From Opitutia bacterium (GTDB taxonomy: Bacteria; Verrucomicrobiota; Verrucomicrobiia; Opitutales; UBA953): DNA of 60,621 nucleotides. The notes beneath the pieces are model-generated. The model was not told where the DNA came from, did not search any database, and saw only the letters and a program-made list of their open reading frames with translations. The stretch lies in NCBI GenBank assembly GCA_947456525.1, contig CANGRI010000001.1, positions 1-60,621 of the forward strand. Direction: 5' to 3'. Positions 51,772-60,621 of the stretch are shown piece after piece (the stretch's first letter is position 1; each line of letters starts with the position of its first letter). Made by a program: the position numbers and the translations under genes.

Positions 51772-52053
51772 ATGTCAACCCATGTCTCCCATCGTGATGT
51801 CTGGTACACCGGCCACGTCCAAGGGGTAGGTTTTCGAGCCCAAGTGCTCGATTTGGCCCGGGGCTATGACGTGACGGGCTATGTCCAAAACCTGCCTGAC
51901 GGCCGGGTCTATCTTCATGCCGAAGGTTCCGAGAACGAGGTGGAAGGGTTCACGGATCAGATCGCGAAGTCCCTCGACGGACATATCCGCGGCGAGGAGA
52001 TCAAGACGTTTTCGGGCCTGCGCACCTGTCGCGATTTCGCGATCCGCCGATGA
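51772..52053 (+). CDS. acyP: Acylphosphatase
   Basis: 93 aa. VWYTGHVQGVGFRAQV and GYVQNLPDGRVYLHAEG acylphosphatase signatures. Confidence 0.88.
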   Translation: MSTHVSHRDVWYTGHVQGVGFRAQVLDLARGYDVTGYVQNLPDGRVYLHAEGSENEVEGFTDQIAKSLDGHIRGEEIKTFSGLRTCRDFAIRR

Positions 52054-52901
52054 GTTCCGCCATCTCCGTCCGCCATCTGACGAAGGATTTCCGCATCGGC
52101 ATCCGCGGGCTCAAGCTGCGGGCCGTCGATGACGTGTCCCTGGAGATCCCGCGGGGCCAGGTCTTCGGGCTGCTCGGTCCGAACGGCTGCGGTAAGAGCA
52201 CGACCTTGAAGATCGTGCTCGGCTTGGTCTCAGCGACCGCCGGCGAGATCAGCATCCTCGGCGAGCCCTCGGCGACCAGTGCCGCCCGCCGTCGCACCGG
52301 CTTCCTGCCGGAGGCCCCTTACTTTCATAAGTTCCTTTCAGGGCGCGAGCTCGTCCGCTACTGCGCCCAGCTCAGCGGCGTTCCCGACTCCGATGTCGAC
52401 GCCGCGGTGGAGGACGCGCTCGGACTCGCGGCGATGACCGAGGCGGCCAATCGACCGATCGGAACCTATTCCAAGGGGATGCTGCAGCGCATCGGCTTCG
52501 CCCAGGCCGTGGTCCATGACCCCGAGCTGGTCATCCTCGACGAGCCTACCGCCGGCGTCGACCCCGTCGGTTCCGCCGCGATCGGACGGATGATCCATGC
52601 GATGCGCGACAAGGGCAAGACGGTGGTGCTCTGTTCCCATCTGCTCGGTCAGGTCGAACAGGTCTGCGACCGCGTCGCGATCATGGATCGCGGCAAGCTG
52701 GTCCTCGAAGGCGCCGTGGACGACGTCCTGGCGCGCCGCGACCGTCATGTCATGACCATCGAAGCCATGACTCCAGCCGCCCGCGCCGCCGCCGAGTCCG
52801 CCCTGGCGGAGCATGGCGCCAAGGTCACCTCCGTCACTCATCCGCGCCGTTCGCTCGAAGACCTCTTCCGCGAACTGGTGACCGGCAGCCGCGACGCCTG
52901 A
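52050..52901 (+). CDS. ABC transporter ATP-binding protein (ABC-2 exporter type)
   Basis: 283 aa. Walker A GPNGCGKST, signature SKGMLQRIGFAQA, Walker B LVILDEPTAGVD. ATGA overlap with acyP. Confidence 0.9.
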   Translation: MSSAISVRHLTKDFRIGIRGLKLRAVDDVSLEIPRGQVFGLLGPNGCGKSTTLKIVLGLVSATAGEISILGEPSATSAARRRTGFLPEAPYFHKFLSGRELVRYCAQLSGVPDSDVDAAVEDALGLAAMTEAANRPIGTYSKGMLQRIGFAQAVVHDPELVILDEPTAGVDPVGSAAIGRMIHAMRDKGKTVVLCSHLLGQVEQVCDRVAIMDRGKLVLEGAVDDVLARRDRHVMTIEAMTPAARAAAESALAEHGAKVTSVTHPRRSLEDLFRELVTGSRDA

Positions 52902-52902
52902 C

Positions 52903-53736
52903 ATGAACGCCTCCCTTCGACGCACGCTCTGGATTTCGAGGATCACCTTCCTCGAGGCGGTCCGTCAGCGTTTCTTCGCCTTCCTCCTGGTCCTGAGCGC
53001 GGCGATGGTCCTTTCTTCGGTCTCCTTCCGGGTCTTCGATTTCGGACATGGCGAGCTCAAGTTCATCGCGGACTTCGGGTTCGGCGGCATGTTCTTCTTC
53101 GGTTCCGTCCTGGCGGTGGTGATGACCGCCCAGCTCTTCTTCAGCGAGATCGACAACAAGACCGCGCTGACCTTGCTCGCGAAGCCGCTTAGCCGCGCGG
53201 AATTCCTCCTCGGCAAGTTCTTCGGAGCCTGGGCCGTGCTCGGCGTCTTCGTCGTGGTCCTTGCTTCCTTGCAGGGGACGGTTCTCTGGGCTCGCGAGCA
53301 GGAGCTGCTTTCTTTGGCGGATCCGGCCGCCAAGCTCACCCCCAGCTTCAATCTCGAGGGCTTGCTGCAATTGGTGCTCTTGCAGTGGCTGCGCCTGGGC
53401 GTGGTCATCTCCATCGTTCTCACGATCTCCGCCTTGGCGCGCACCTTCCTCTTCGCCGTCGTCGTCGGCGCCTTGGCCGTCGTGGCCGGCCAGCTGCAGT
53501 GGATCGCCCAGGATGCATTCCTACGCCCGACGGATTCGCAGCTGTACGCCGCTTTCCTCTGGGTTAGCACCCGCGTCATCCCGAACCTGCAGCAGTTCAA
53601 CCTCGCTGACGCATTGGTGCTTGGGTCGGCGGGGGTCGATGATGGGGCCATCCTGGCCGTCGTGATCTCGGGGCTGGCCTACCTGCTCGCCTACCTGACC
53701 CTCGGATCGTTGATCTTCCGTCGGAGGGAAATCTGA
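52903..53736 (+). CDS. ABC-2-type transporter permease
   Basis: 277 aa with six hydrophobic segments. Starts 1 nt after the ATPase stop. Confidence 0.78.
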   Translation: MNASLRRTLWISRITFLEAVRQRFFAFLLVLSAAMVLSSVSFRVFDFGHGELKFIADFGFGGMFFFGSVLAVVMTAQLFFSEIDNKTALTLLAKPLSRAEFLLGKFFGAWAVLGVFVVVLASLQGTVLWAREQELLSLADPAAKLTPSFNLEGLLQLVLLQWLRLGVVISIVLTISALARTFLFAVVVGALAVVAGQLQWIAQDAFLRPTDSQLYAAFLWVSTRVIPNLQQFNLADALVLGSAGVDDGAILAVVISGLAYLLAYLTLGSLIFRRREI

Positions 53737-54506
53737 TGCGTCGCTTCGCCCCTTGGTTGCTGGTCGGCGTCCTGACCCTGGTCGCGGGGTCCTTGGCCGA
53801 AGCCTCGTGGCGCCGGGTCCGTCCGAGCATCCCGGAGATCGGTCGCAAGGATCTCGAGCCCACGCTGGGGCAGGGCGTCCTGCTCGGCGTCCTGGGCGGG
53901 CTTCGCACCGTCGTCGCCGACATGGCCTGGATCCGCAGCTACGTCTACTGGGAGCGTCGCGATCGGCCGGGCTGCGAGGCTTTCATGCGGACCTCGTGCG
54001 CCCTCGATCCCCGTGCGAGATATTTCTGGGAAAACGCGGCCCTGCGAGTCGGCCTCGACATGGCCCATTGGGAGATCCGGAAGCGCGGAGGATACAACAA
54101 GGTTCCGACCGAGACCCAGGAACGGCTTTTCCGACAGTACGCCCGCAAGGGCCTGGATGTCATCGAAGAGGGCCTTCAGCGCGCCAAAGGCCGTACGGCG
54201 CTGCTCGTCGCGGGCGGATTCCTGGCCGAAGGTAAGCTCAAGGATCTTCCCCTCGCCGCCAACTATTACCGCCAGGCGGCCGACGCGGAGGATGCCCCTT
54301 GGTATGCGGCGCGCTTCTGCGCCGACTTCGACTGGAATGCCGGGAAGAAGACCGAGGCCTATCGCTGGTATCGGAACTACTGGCTCACCCGCATGCGACC
54401 CAGGATGGACGGTTCCCCTGATGACCTGGTGCGGTTACGTGAGATGGAGAAGGAGCTTAACCTCGGCCTCCTCGAGCGTATCCCCCGTCAGGGCTGGGAA
54501 CGCTGA
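53736..54506 (+). CDS. Hypothetical membrane-anchored helical-repeat (TPR-like) protein
   Basis: 256 aa. The ATG overlaps the permease stop by 1 nt (TGATG). One N-terminal TM helix, then a W/Y/R-rich helical sequence (YYRQAADAEDAPWYAARF...EAYRWYRNYW). Confidence 0.62.
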   Translation: MRRFAPWLLVGVLTLVAGSLAEASWRRVRPSIPEIGRKDLEPTLGQGVLLGVLGGLRTVVADMAWIRSYVYWERRDRPGCEAFMRTSCALDPRARYFWENAALRVGLDMAHWEIRKRGGYNKVPTETQERLFRQYARKGLDVIEEGLQRAKGRTALLVAGGFLAEGKLKDLPLAANYYRQAADAEDAPWYAARFCADFDWNAGKKTEAYRWYRNYWLTRMRPRMDGSPDDLVRLREMEKELNLGLLERIPRQGWER

Positions 54507-57239
54507 TCAGAACGGTTCGTCCGACTTCTTCTCGGCCGGTGCACCCTTCGGGGCGCGCGGCTTGCGAGGCGGGAATTCGAACCACCAGCCCTTGTCCTTG
54601 TCGGCGACGAGGAAGGCTTCGAAGGTGCGCTTGGTGCGATTCGAGACGAACTTCTTGAGGCCGGTCTTGCCTTCGTTGAGCAGGCGGCGGACGTCGTCGG
54701 CCGAGATCGGCGACTTCAGCATCTCCGCGTTGAGGCTAAATGTCTTCTTAGCGCCGGCCTCAAGGGCTTTCTGCGGGCAGACGCGGTAGCCGGCGGTCGG
54801 CGTGTGCTGCACGGAGAGTCCGCTGACCGGGCAGGGGCCGAGTACCGGCCAGTCTGCGTCGAAGGCGTCCGGGTTGCCGTCCGCGCCTTCGCGGGGAGGG
54901 AAATAGAGCACCGCCTTGAGCTTGCCGCTCGGGGCCTTGGGCTTGGTCTTACGCGGAGCCTTGACCGGCGCGGCTTCCTCGCCTTCGGCGACAGGTTTGG
55001 CTTCGGTCTTTTCTTCGGTGCCGCGAGGCTTGATCGTGTCGGGGTCGACGAGGTCGATATAACCCGTGAAGTTCTTGCCCGACTTCATCGAGCGGAAATC
55101 CGAGAACGGTCCGATGCGGCGCTTCTCGATCAGCTCGGCGACTTCCGCCGGCGTGATGTTGTGGCCGTTCATGCCGACGTAGATGGTCATCTTCGGACGG
55201 TCGGTCGTGCCGACGTTGTCCTGGGAGAAGTACTTCTCGCCGTCGGTGAGCAGCGGCTTGCCGTCGGTGGGGGAGAGGACCTGGGGGGAGAGTTCGGCGG
55301 AAGGCGGTTTTACGGCGCCTTTCTTCACGATGATCTCGAGGAGGGCCTTGATCTCCTTCATGAATTCGCGGGGACCCATCTCGCCGTGCTCGATCTGCTT
55401 CAGTTTGTATTCCCATTCGCCCGTCATCTGGGGCTCGGTGAAGACGCCCATTTCCTTGGCGTGCAGGAACTGGTGGAGCTGGAAGGCCTTGGCGAGCGGG
55501 ACGAGTTCCTTGCCTTGGCGCTCGATGTAGGTCTTCGCGAGGAGTTCTTCGATCGTCGCGGCGCGGGTAGCCGGGGTGCCTAGGCCGCGTTCCTTCATCG
55601 CCTCGGCGAGGGCTTCATCGTCGACGAGCTTGCCGGCGTTTTCCATCGCGCCGAGGAGGGAGGCTTCGTTGTAGCGGGCCGGCGGCTTCGTGGCGTCTTC
55701 CTTGACGTCGATGCCGTTGACCTTGGCCTTGGCGGGAGAGCCGTCGGCGGAAACAAGCGCCGGAAGGCTGGCGGAGCCTTCCTTGTCCTTGTCTTCCTCG
55801 GCTTCGGCTTCCTGTCCCCAGACGGCACGCCAACCGGCGACGACGAGGACTTTGCCGGTCGTGCGGAAATTATGTTCGCCGACGAGGGTGGTGCGGACGG
55901 TCTCCTCGAATTCGGCCATCGGGAAGAAGACGGCGACGAAGCGACGGACGACGAGGTCGTAGATCTTCTGTTCGACGTCGGTCAGGCCGTGCGGAACGGT
56001 GCCCGTCGGGATGATGGCGAAGTGATCGCTGACCTTCTTGTTGTCGAAGACGCGACGTCCGGCGGAATCGACCCAGCCGCTGCGCAGGGCTTCCTTGGCG
56101 AAGACGCCGGCAGGGTGGTCGCCTTCGAGGGACTGGAGGGCGGCCTTGGCGTTCGGGATGTAATCCTCCGGCAGGTACTGGGAGTCCGTACGAGGATAGG
56201 TGAGCGCCTTATGCTTCTCGTAAAGAGCCTGGGCCACGCCGAGGGTCGTCTTGGCGGAGAATCCGAAGCGGCGGTTACCTTCGCGCTGGAGGGTCGTCAG
56301 ATCGAAGAGGCGCGGGGCGCTTTCCTTCTTCGGCTTACGTTCGTCGCTGACGACGCCTTTGCCGATCTTGAGGGCTTCTTCCGCGACCTTGCGGGCCTGG
56401 GCTTCGTCGTAGAAGCGTTCGGCTTCCTTGCGGTCGGTGACGCCCGGGACCTGCGCGGCGCCACGGTAGCCGCCGTTGGTCACGCCGAAGTCGCCTTCGA
56501 TCTTCCAGAAAGTCTTCGGGACGAAGTTGCGGATCTCGAGCTCACGCTTGACGATGAGCATGAGCGTCGGGGTCTGCACGCGGCCGACGGAGAAGACCTC
56601 GCGCTTGGCGCCGCCGATGATGATCGTGGAGAAACGGCTGGCCGTCATGCCGACCAGCCAGTCGGCCTGGGAGCGGCAGATCGCGGCGTCGAGCAGGCCT
56701 TGCTTGGCCGAGGCGGGCAGGAGGTGTTCAAAGGACTCTGCGATCGCCGTGTTCGTCATGCTCGTCAGCCACAGGCGCTGGCAGGGCAGCTTGCACTTCG
56801 CGAGCTGGTAGACGTAGTGGAAGATGAGTTCGCCTTCGCGTCCGGCGTCGCAGGCGTTGACCACCGTCCCGACGTCAGGTCGGCTCAGCAGTTTCTTGAG
56901 CAGCTTGTAGCGATCGCCGTTGTTGCGCTCGCTGATGACGGCCTTGAGGATGTCCGGGCTGGCGGTGCCGTCGAACTTCGGCGGATCGATCGGCAGGTCC
57001 TTCAGCGTCCAGCGCTTGAGCTTCGGGTCGATGTCATCCGGATCCACGAGGCGCACCACGTGGCCGATGGAAGAACTGATCACCCACTTGTCGTTCTCGA
57101 AGTAATCGCTGGTGGCCTTGGGGACCTTGAGGACCTTGGCGAGGTCGGTCGCTACCGAGGGCTTCTCGGCGATGACCAGGGTCTTGGAACCGGCGGGGGC
57201 GGAAACTTCGTCGGACGACTTGGATGACTTCTTGCGCAT
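54507..57239 (-). CDS. topB: DNA topoisomerase III (type IA) with C-terminal repeat extension
   Basis: 910 aa. Toprim LVIAEKPSVA, active-site LTYPRTDSQYLPEDY, and two C-terminal repeats (FSDFRSMKSGKNFTGYIDL and LKKFVSNRTKRTFEAFLVADKDKGWWFEF). Confidence 0.88.
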   Translation of the reverse strand: MRKKSSKSSDEVSAPAGSKTLVIAEKPSVATDLAKVLKVPKATSDYFENDKWVISSSIGHVVRLVDPDDIDPKLKRWTLKDLPIDPPKFDGTASPDILKAVISERNNGDRYKLLKKLLSRPDVGTVVNACDAGREGELIFHYVYQLAKCKLPCQRLWLTSMTNTAIAESFEHLLPASAKQGLLDAAICRSQADWLVGMTASRFSTIIIGGAKREVFSVGRVQTPTLMLIVKRELEIRNFVPKTFWKIEGDFGVTNGGYRGAAQVPGVTDRKEAERFYDEAQARKVAEEALKIGKGVVSDERKPKKESAPRLFDLTTLQREGNRRFGFSAKTTLGVAQALYEKHKALTYPRTDSQYLPEDYIPNAKAALQSLEGDHPAGVFAKEALRSGWVDSAGRRVFDNKKVSDHFAIIPTGTVPHGLTDVEQKIYDLVVRRFVAVFFPMAEFEETVRTTLVGEHNFRTTGKVLVVAGWRAVWGQEAEAEEDKDKEGSASLPALVSADGSPAKAKVNGIDVKEDATKPPARYNEASLLGAMENAGKLVDDEALAEAMKERGLGTPATRAATIEELLAKTYIERQGKELVPLAKAFQLHQFLHAKEMGVFTEPQMTGEWEYKLKQIEHGEMGPREFMKEIKALLEIIVKKGAVKPPSAELSPQVLSPTDGKPLLTDGEKYFSQDNVGTTDRPKMTIYVGMNGHNITPAEVAELIEKRRIGPFSDFRSMKSGKNFTGYIDLVDPDTIKPRGTEEKTEAKPVAEGEEAAPVKAPRKTKPKAPSGKLKAVLYFPPREGADGNPDAFDADWPVLGPCPVSGLSVQHTPTAGYRVCPQKALEAGAKKTFSLNAEMLKSPISADDVRRLLNEGKTGLKKFVSNRTKRTFEAFLVADKDKGWWFEFPPRKPRAPKGAPAEKKSDEPF

Positions 57240-57270
57240 GCGTAGGATGATAACCGATTGTCAAATCCGG

Positions 57271-58350
57271 TTACATTCCCTGCTCGGCGAAGGAGTCGTC
57301 CAGTGCGGCGATCAGCGTGGCGATGGTGGCGTCGGTCTCATCGCCCATGTTGGAGATGCGGAAGGTCTTGCCCTTGAGCTTGCCGTAGCCGCCATCGATC
57401 ACGAGCTTGTGGCGCGACTTGAGGGTCTTGTTCAGGCGCTCGAGGTCGGCGTTGCGATCGTTCTTGAAGCAGTTCAGGCCGCGGGTGCCGAACTGGACTT
57501 CAGGAAGGAGGGAGAAGCCCTTGGCGAGACCCCATGCGCGCATGCGTTCGTTGAGTCGGATGTGGCGGGCGTAGCGGTTGTCGAGGCCTTCGGCTTCGAC
57601 TTCGAGGAGGCGCTGCTGCAGGCCGTAGAAGAGCGAGATGCAGGGGGTCGAAGGGGTCATGCCCTTGACGTGGTTGTCTTGGAACTCGATCAGGTCGAAG
57701 TAGTAGCCGCGGTCCGGGGACAGCTTGGCGCGTTCGCGGGCGCGTTCGCTGACGGCGAAGATCGCGAGGCCCGGGGGGAGCGCGAGGGCCTTCTGGGAGC
57801 CGGTGAGGAAGATGTCGACGCCGAGCTCATCCTTCTTGATGGGGATGGTGGAGAAGGAACTGACCGTGTCGGCGATCGAGATCACGTCGGGGAACTCGCG
57901 GACCACGGCCATGATGTCGGCGATGGGCGAGAGCGTGCCGGTGGAGGTCTCGGAATGGATGAAGGTGATGCAGTCGAACTTGCCGGTCGCGAGGGCCTTG
58001 CGGACGGCTTCCGGGTCGACGGGCTTACCCCAGTCGAACTGGAGGGCTTCGGCGTATTTGCCACAGCGCTTGGCGACGTCGTTCCACTTGTCGGAGAACG
58101 CGCCGTTCATGCAGTTGAGCACGCCCTTGCGGCAGACGTTGCGGAGGGCGCCTTCCATCACGCCCCAGGCGGAGCTGGTGGAGAGGTAGACCGGATCCTT
58201 GGTAAAGAACATCGACTGCAGGCGGGGCTGCATGTCGTTGTACAGTTTGACGAAGTCGCCGGAACGATGGCCGACCATGGGCTTGCCCATGGCCTGGACG
58301 ATCGAGTCGGAGACGGTGAGGGGGCCGGGTATATATAGACGATAGCTCAT
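57271..58350 (-). CDS. Class V pyridoxal-phosphate-dependent aminotransferase
   Basis: 359 aa. [17 protein letters not shown] and [12 protein letters not shown] (PLP lysine). ATGA overlap with panD. Confidence 0.85.
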   Translation of the reverse strand: MSYRLYIPGPLTVSDSIVQAMGKPMVGHRSGDFVKLYNDMQPRLQSMFFTKDPVYLSTSSAWGVMEGALRNVCRKGVLNCMNGAFSDKWNDVAKRCGKYAEALQFDWGKPVDPEAVRKALATGKFDCITFIHSETSTGTLSPIADIMAVVREFPDVISIADTVSSFSTIPIKKDELGVDIFLTGSQKALALPPGLAIFAVSERARERAKLSPDRGYYFDLIEFQDNHVKGMTPSTPCISLFYGLQQRLLEVEAEGLDNRYARHIRLNERMRAWGLAKGFSLLPEVQFGTRGLNCFKNDRNADLERLNKTLKSRHKLVIDGGYGKLKGKTFRISNMGDETDATIATLIAALDDSFAEQGM

Positions 58351-58748
58351 CGTTGGAAGGTGGTGAGGAGGGAGGTGGGGACTTCGGGGTTCTCGAGCCG
58401 GACGATCCGCCGGTTGGTCTCGGCGAGCGTGGCGGTCCGGGGTTTCCAGGTCGAGGCGGCAGATTCCTCGATTTCCGTGAAAGACATGATGACGAGCAGG
58501 TCGCCGGGCTTGCCGAGATGGGCGGTGGCGCCGTTCAGGCAGACCTCACGGGTCCCGGCGGGGGCGGGGATGGCGTAGGTCTCGAAGCGCTCCCCGTTGG
58601 CCAGGTTGCCGACCAGGATCCTCTCATATGGGAGCATGCCGACGAGGGCCATGAGCTCCCGATCGATGGCCAAGGAGCCCTCGTAATCGAGCCGGGCCGC
58701 GGTGACCTCGGCTCGGAGAAGTTTGGTGCGCAACAGGTGTACGAGCAT
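58347..58748 (-). CDS. panD: Aspartate 1-decarboxylase
   Basis: 133 aa. [20 protein letters not shown] (self-cleaving G-S pyruvoyl site) and [10 protein letters not shown]. Confidence 0.92.
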   Translation of the reverse strand: MLVHLLRTKLLRAEVTAARLDYEGSLAIDRELMALVGMLPYERILVGNLANGERFETYAIPAPAGTREVCLNGATAHLGKPGDLLVIMSFTEIEESAASTWKPRTATLAETNRRIVRLENPEVPTSLLTTFQR

Positions 58749-58814
58749 GGCGCTGGGTCGTCCTTCTCAATCGGGATGGTTGCCTTCGTCAAACAACTTT
58801 GCATCAATTCGTCC

Positions 58815-60026
58815 ATGGCCGCGAAGCACAGAGGGTTCTTTTCCTCCCTGGGAGAGGCTGTGGCGAGCTATGCCGTAGACGTAGTCTACGAACGTCGCAA
58901 AGGCCCCGGAGCGGCGCTGCTCGGGGCCTTCCTGAAGGTGCTTTCGTGGATTTTCGAGCTCTTGGTCCGCCTGCGACTCTGGCTTTACCGTAACCGGCTC
59001 TTTCGCGACACGCCGCTGGGGTGCAAGGTGGTCGTCGTAGGTAATCTCACCGTCGGCGGCACCGGCAAGACCCCCATCGTGCTCAAGATGGCGCGCGTGC
59101 TCGCATCCCGTGGCCGTAAAGTCGCGATCTTGTCCCGCGGTTACAAGGGGTCGTCGGATTCCATGTTGAAGCGGTTCTGGCGTTGGCTGACCCAGGGCAG
59201 CCGTCCGGATCCGCTCGTGGTATCGGATGGAAAGACCGTGCTCGTCGGCCCCGATGAGGCCGGCGACGAGCCTTACATGCTGGCGCAGAACCTCGCCGGG
59301 TCCGGCGTGGTGGTCATCGTCGATCGTGACCGCGTCGAAGGGGGTCGCTTCGCGCTACGGCGCTTCGGGGTCGATACGATCCTGCTCGATGACGGGCTGC
59401 AGTACCTGCCGCTGAGAGGCCAGATCAACCTTCTGCTCGTCGACAGCCGCGACCCCTTCGGCAACGGTTCCTTGCTGCCGCGCGGGGTGCTCCGCGAGCC
59501 GATCTCCAACCTGAGCCGCGCCTCCTACGTCTTCGTCACCAAATCGGTCGGTCCTCCTGCGGAATCGTTGGTGCGCCTGATTCGCCGTCATAACGCCAAG
59601 GCCGAGATCATCGCTTGCTCGCACAGCGCCTGCGAGCTGGTCGAGGTCGATGGTCCGAAGCGTCTGCCGATGTCCGACCTGAAGGGCCGGCGTATCGCCG
59701 CCTTTTCCGGCATCGCCACGCCGGAGCGCTTCGAGGAGATCCTCACGAACAACGGCGCCGAGATCGTCGCGAACCGTAGGTTCCTCGACCACCATTCCTT
59801 CGCCGACGAGGACCTCGACGAAGTCCTTGAGCAGGCCATGCAGGCCAAGGCGGAGATGATCGTGACCACGGAGAAGGACGCGGTCCGGCTTCAGGCCCGC
59901 TTCCGTCCGCCTATCCCTTTATTGTTCGTCCGGCTGGAAGTCGAGATCCTCGGCGACGCCGAGGGGTTCAACGCGGCCGTCGAACGGATATGCCTGGGGC
60001 CTTCTACTTCTCCGTCTGCTCGCTGA
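58815..60026 (+). CDS. lpxK: Tetraacyldisaccharide 4'-kinase
   Basis: Track ORF 58353..60026 trimmed to ATG 58815; the upstream part is the antisense shadow of pan[17 protein letters not shown]-loop and ILSRGYKG. Confidence 0.88.
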   Translation: MAAKHRGFFSSLGEAVASYAVDVVYERRKGPGAALLGAFLKVLSWIFELLVRLRLWLYRNRLFRDTPLGCKVVVVGNLTVGGTGKTPIVLKMARVLASRGRKVAILSRGYKGSSDSMLKRFWRWLTQGSRPDPLVVSDGKTVLVGPDEAGDEPYMLAQNLAGSGVVVIVDRDRVEGGRFALRRFGVDTILLDDGLQYLPLRGQINLLLVDSRDPFGNGSLLPRGVLREPISNLSRASYVFVTKSVGPPAESLVRLIRRHNAKAEIIACSHSACELVEVDGPKRLPMSDLKGRRIAAFSGIATPERFEEILTNNGAEIVANRRFLDHHSFADEDLDEVLEQAMQAKAEMIVTTEKDAVRLQARFRPPIPLLFVRLEVEILGDAEGFNAAVERICLGPSTSPSAR

Positions 60027-60621
60027 GACGGGTCTGGGCGGCCTTGGCTGCTAGCTGCAGGAAGGTGTCTTGTGCGCCCGGCGCGAGGCGACCCATCGGT
60101 TCGCAGGCGACATAGATACCGTCAGCGTTGAGGGCTTTGGCGTCACCTTGGCGATCGCGATACACCGACAGGATCTCTTCTTCGATGCGTCGACGGACGT
60201 GGGCGGCGCGGATCGGGAAGACGCATTCGATGCGACGTTGGAAGTTGCGAGGCATCCAGTCGGCGCTGCCCATCAGCAGAATCGGCTGGGCGTCGGCGTT
60301 CTCGAAGCGGAAGAGGCGGCTGTGCTCGAGGAATCGTCCGAGGAAGCTGCGCACCCGGATGTTCTCGCTCTTGCCCGGCACTCCGGGTTTCAAGCAGCAG
60401 ATGCCGCGGACCACCAACTCGATCCGGACGCCGGCCTGCGACGCTTCGTAGAGGGAGGCGATGACCTCGGGGTCGACGAGGCTGTTGACCTTGGCGAAGA
60501 TGGTGGCCGTCTTGCCTGCCTTCGCGTTCGCGGTCTCCGCCTTGATGAGTTCGACGACCTTGCGGGCCAGGTCGAAGGGTGCCACCAAGAGGTGCTTGAA
60601 CTTGGGGCCGGCGAGATTGCC
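60004..60621 (-). CDS. ppk: Polyphosphate kinase 1 (C-terminal part; N-terminus outside window)
   Basis: The frame is open to the window edge (GNLAGPKFKHLLVAPFDL...); the track M at 60588 is internal. VRGICCL, SFLGRFLEHSRLFRF and MGSADWMPRNFQRRIE are C-terminal PLD-like domain blocks of PPK1. Confidence 0.9.
   Translation of the reverse strand, partial: GNLAGPKFKHLLVAPFDLARKVVELIKAETANAKAGKTATIFAKVNSLVDPEVIASLYEASQAGVRIELVVRGICCLKPGVPGKSENIRVRSFLGRFLEHSRLFRFENADAQPILLMGSADWMPRNFQRRIECVFPIRAAHVRRRIEEEILSVYRDRQGDAKALNADGIYVACEPMGRLAPGAQDTFLQLAAKAAQTRLSEQTEK

Noticed and set aside
60004-60588. The track presents a complete 194-aa ORF starting at M 60588.
   Set aside because: The same frame stays open to the window edge (upstream residues GNLAGPKFKHLL), and the sequence corresponds to the C-terminal third of PPK1. 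It is a truncated large gene, not a small one.
1-60621. CRISPR arrays, tRNA/rRNA genes, IS elements, integrases, and toxin-antitoxin or restriction-modification/defence islands.
   Set aside because: No spacer-repeat periodicity, tRNA-like T-loop sequences, transposase/integrase motifs or compositional islands were seen. Intergenic regions are almost all under 150 nt. The SNF2 helicase (42506-45025) and topoisomerase III (54507-57239) are 9 kb apart and lack defence-type partners.

Overview
GC-rich (by eye well above 60 %), very gene-dense bacterial chromosomal segment. I support 56 protein-coding genes (two truncated by the window edges), one SRP (4.5S) RNA missing from the ORF track, and three clear intrinsic terminators. 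I found no rRNA, tRNA, CRISPR array, transposase/integrase or prophage signal. Content is mostly core. It includes the sucA-sucB-lpdA operon, valS, prfB (no frameshift), truA, ruvX, rimO, rsmA, trpC, ribE, tatA, panD, lpxK, ppk1 (partial), topoisomerase III and an SNF2 helicase. It also includes a MazG/YgjP/NUDIX group and envelope genes (Mla-like ABC system, Pal-like lipoprotein, LpxR-like, DsbD-like, AmpG-like). Many long track ORFs are antisense or off-frame shadows typical of high-GC DNA, and about ten track ORFs needed 5' trimming. The gene repertoire, the many ATGA/GTGA overlaps and the near absence of Shine-Dalgarno sequences suggest a PVC/Verrucomicrobiota-like organism; this is inference only. 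I found no obvious defence island or mobile element. The best candidates for undescribed biology are listed here. (1) A six-gene coupled amino-sugar operon combining NagB, a Zn-less ROK-like kinase, a PIG-L deacetylase, a nucleotidyltransferase, a NahK-type kinase and an epimerase. (2) A SCO1-coupled membrane protein with a duplicated YAH[LM]HP histidine motif. (3) An eight-gene Mla/PqiC string continuing into DUF5069, a divergent SpoU-like protein, an orphan and an AmpG-like permease. (4) A shared CCCCTTTCCGATG pre-start motif and generally C/T-rich leaders. (5) Four convergent gene pairs ending in an exact TGATCA double stop. Family calls come from motif recognition by eye and need HMM/BLAST confirmation.
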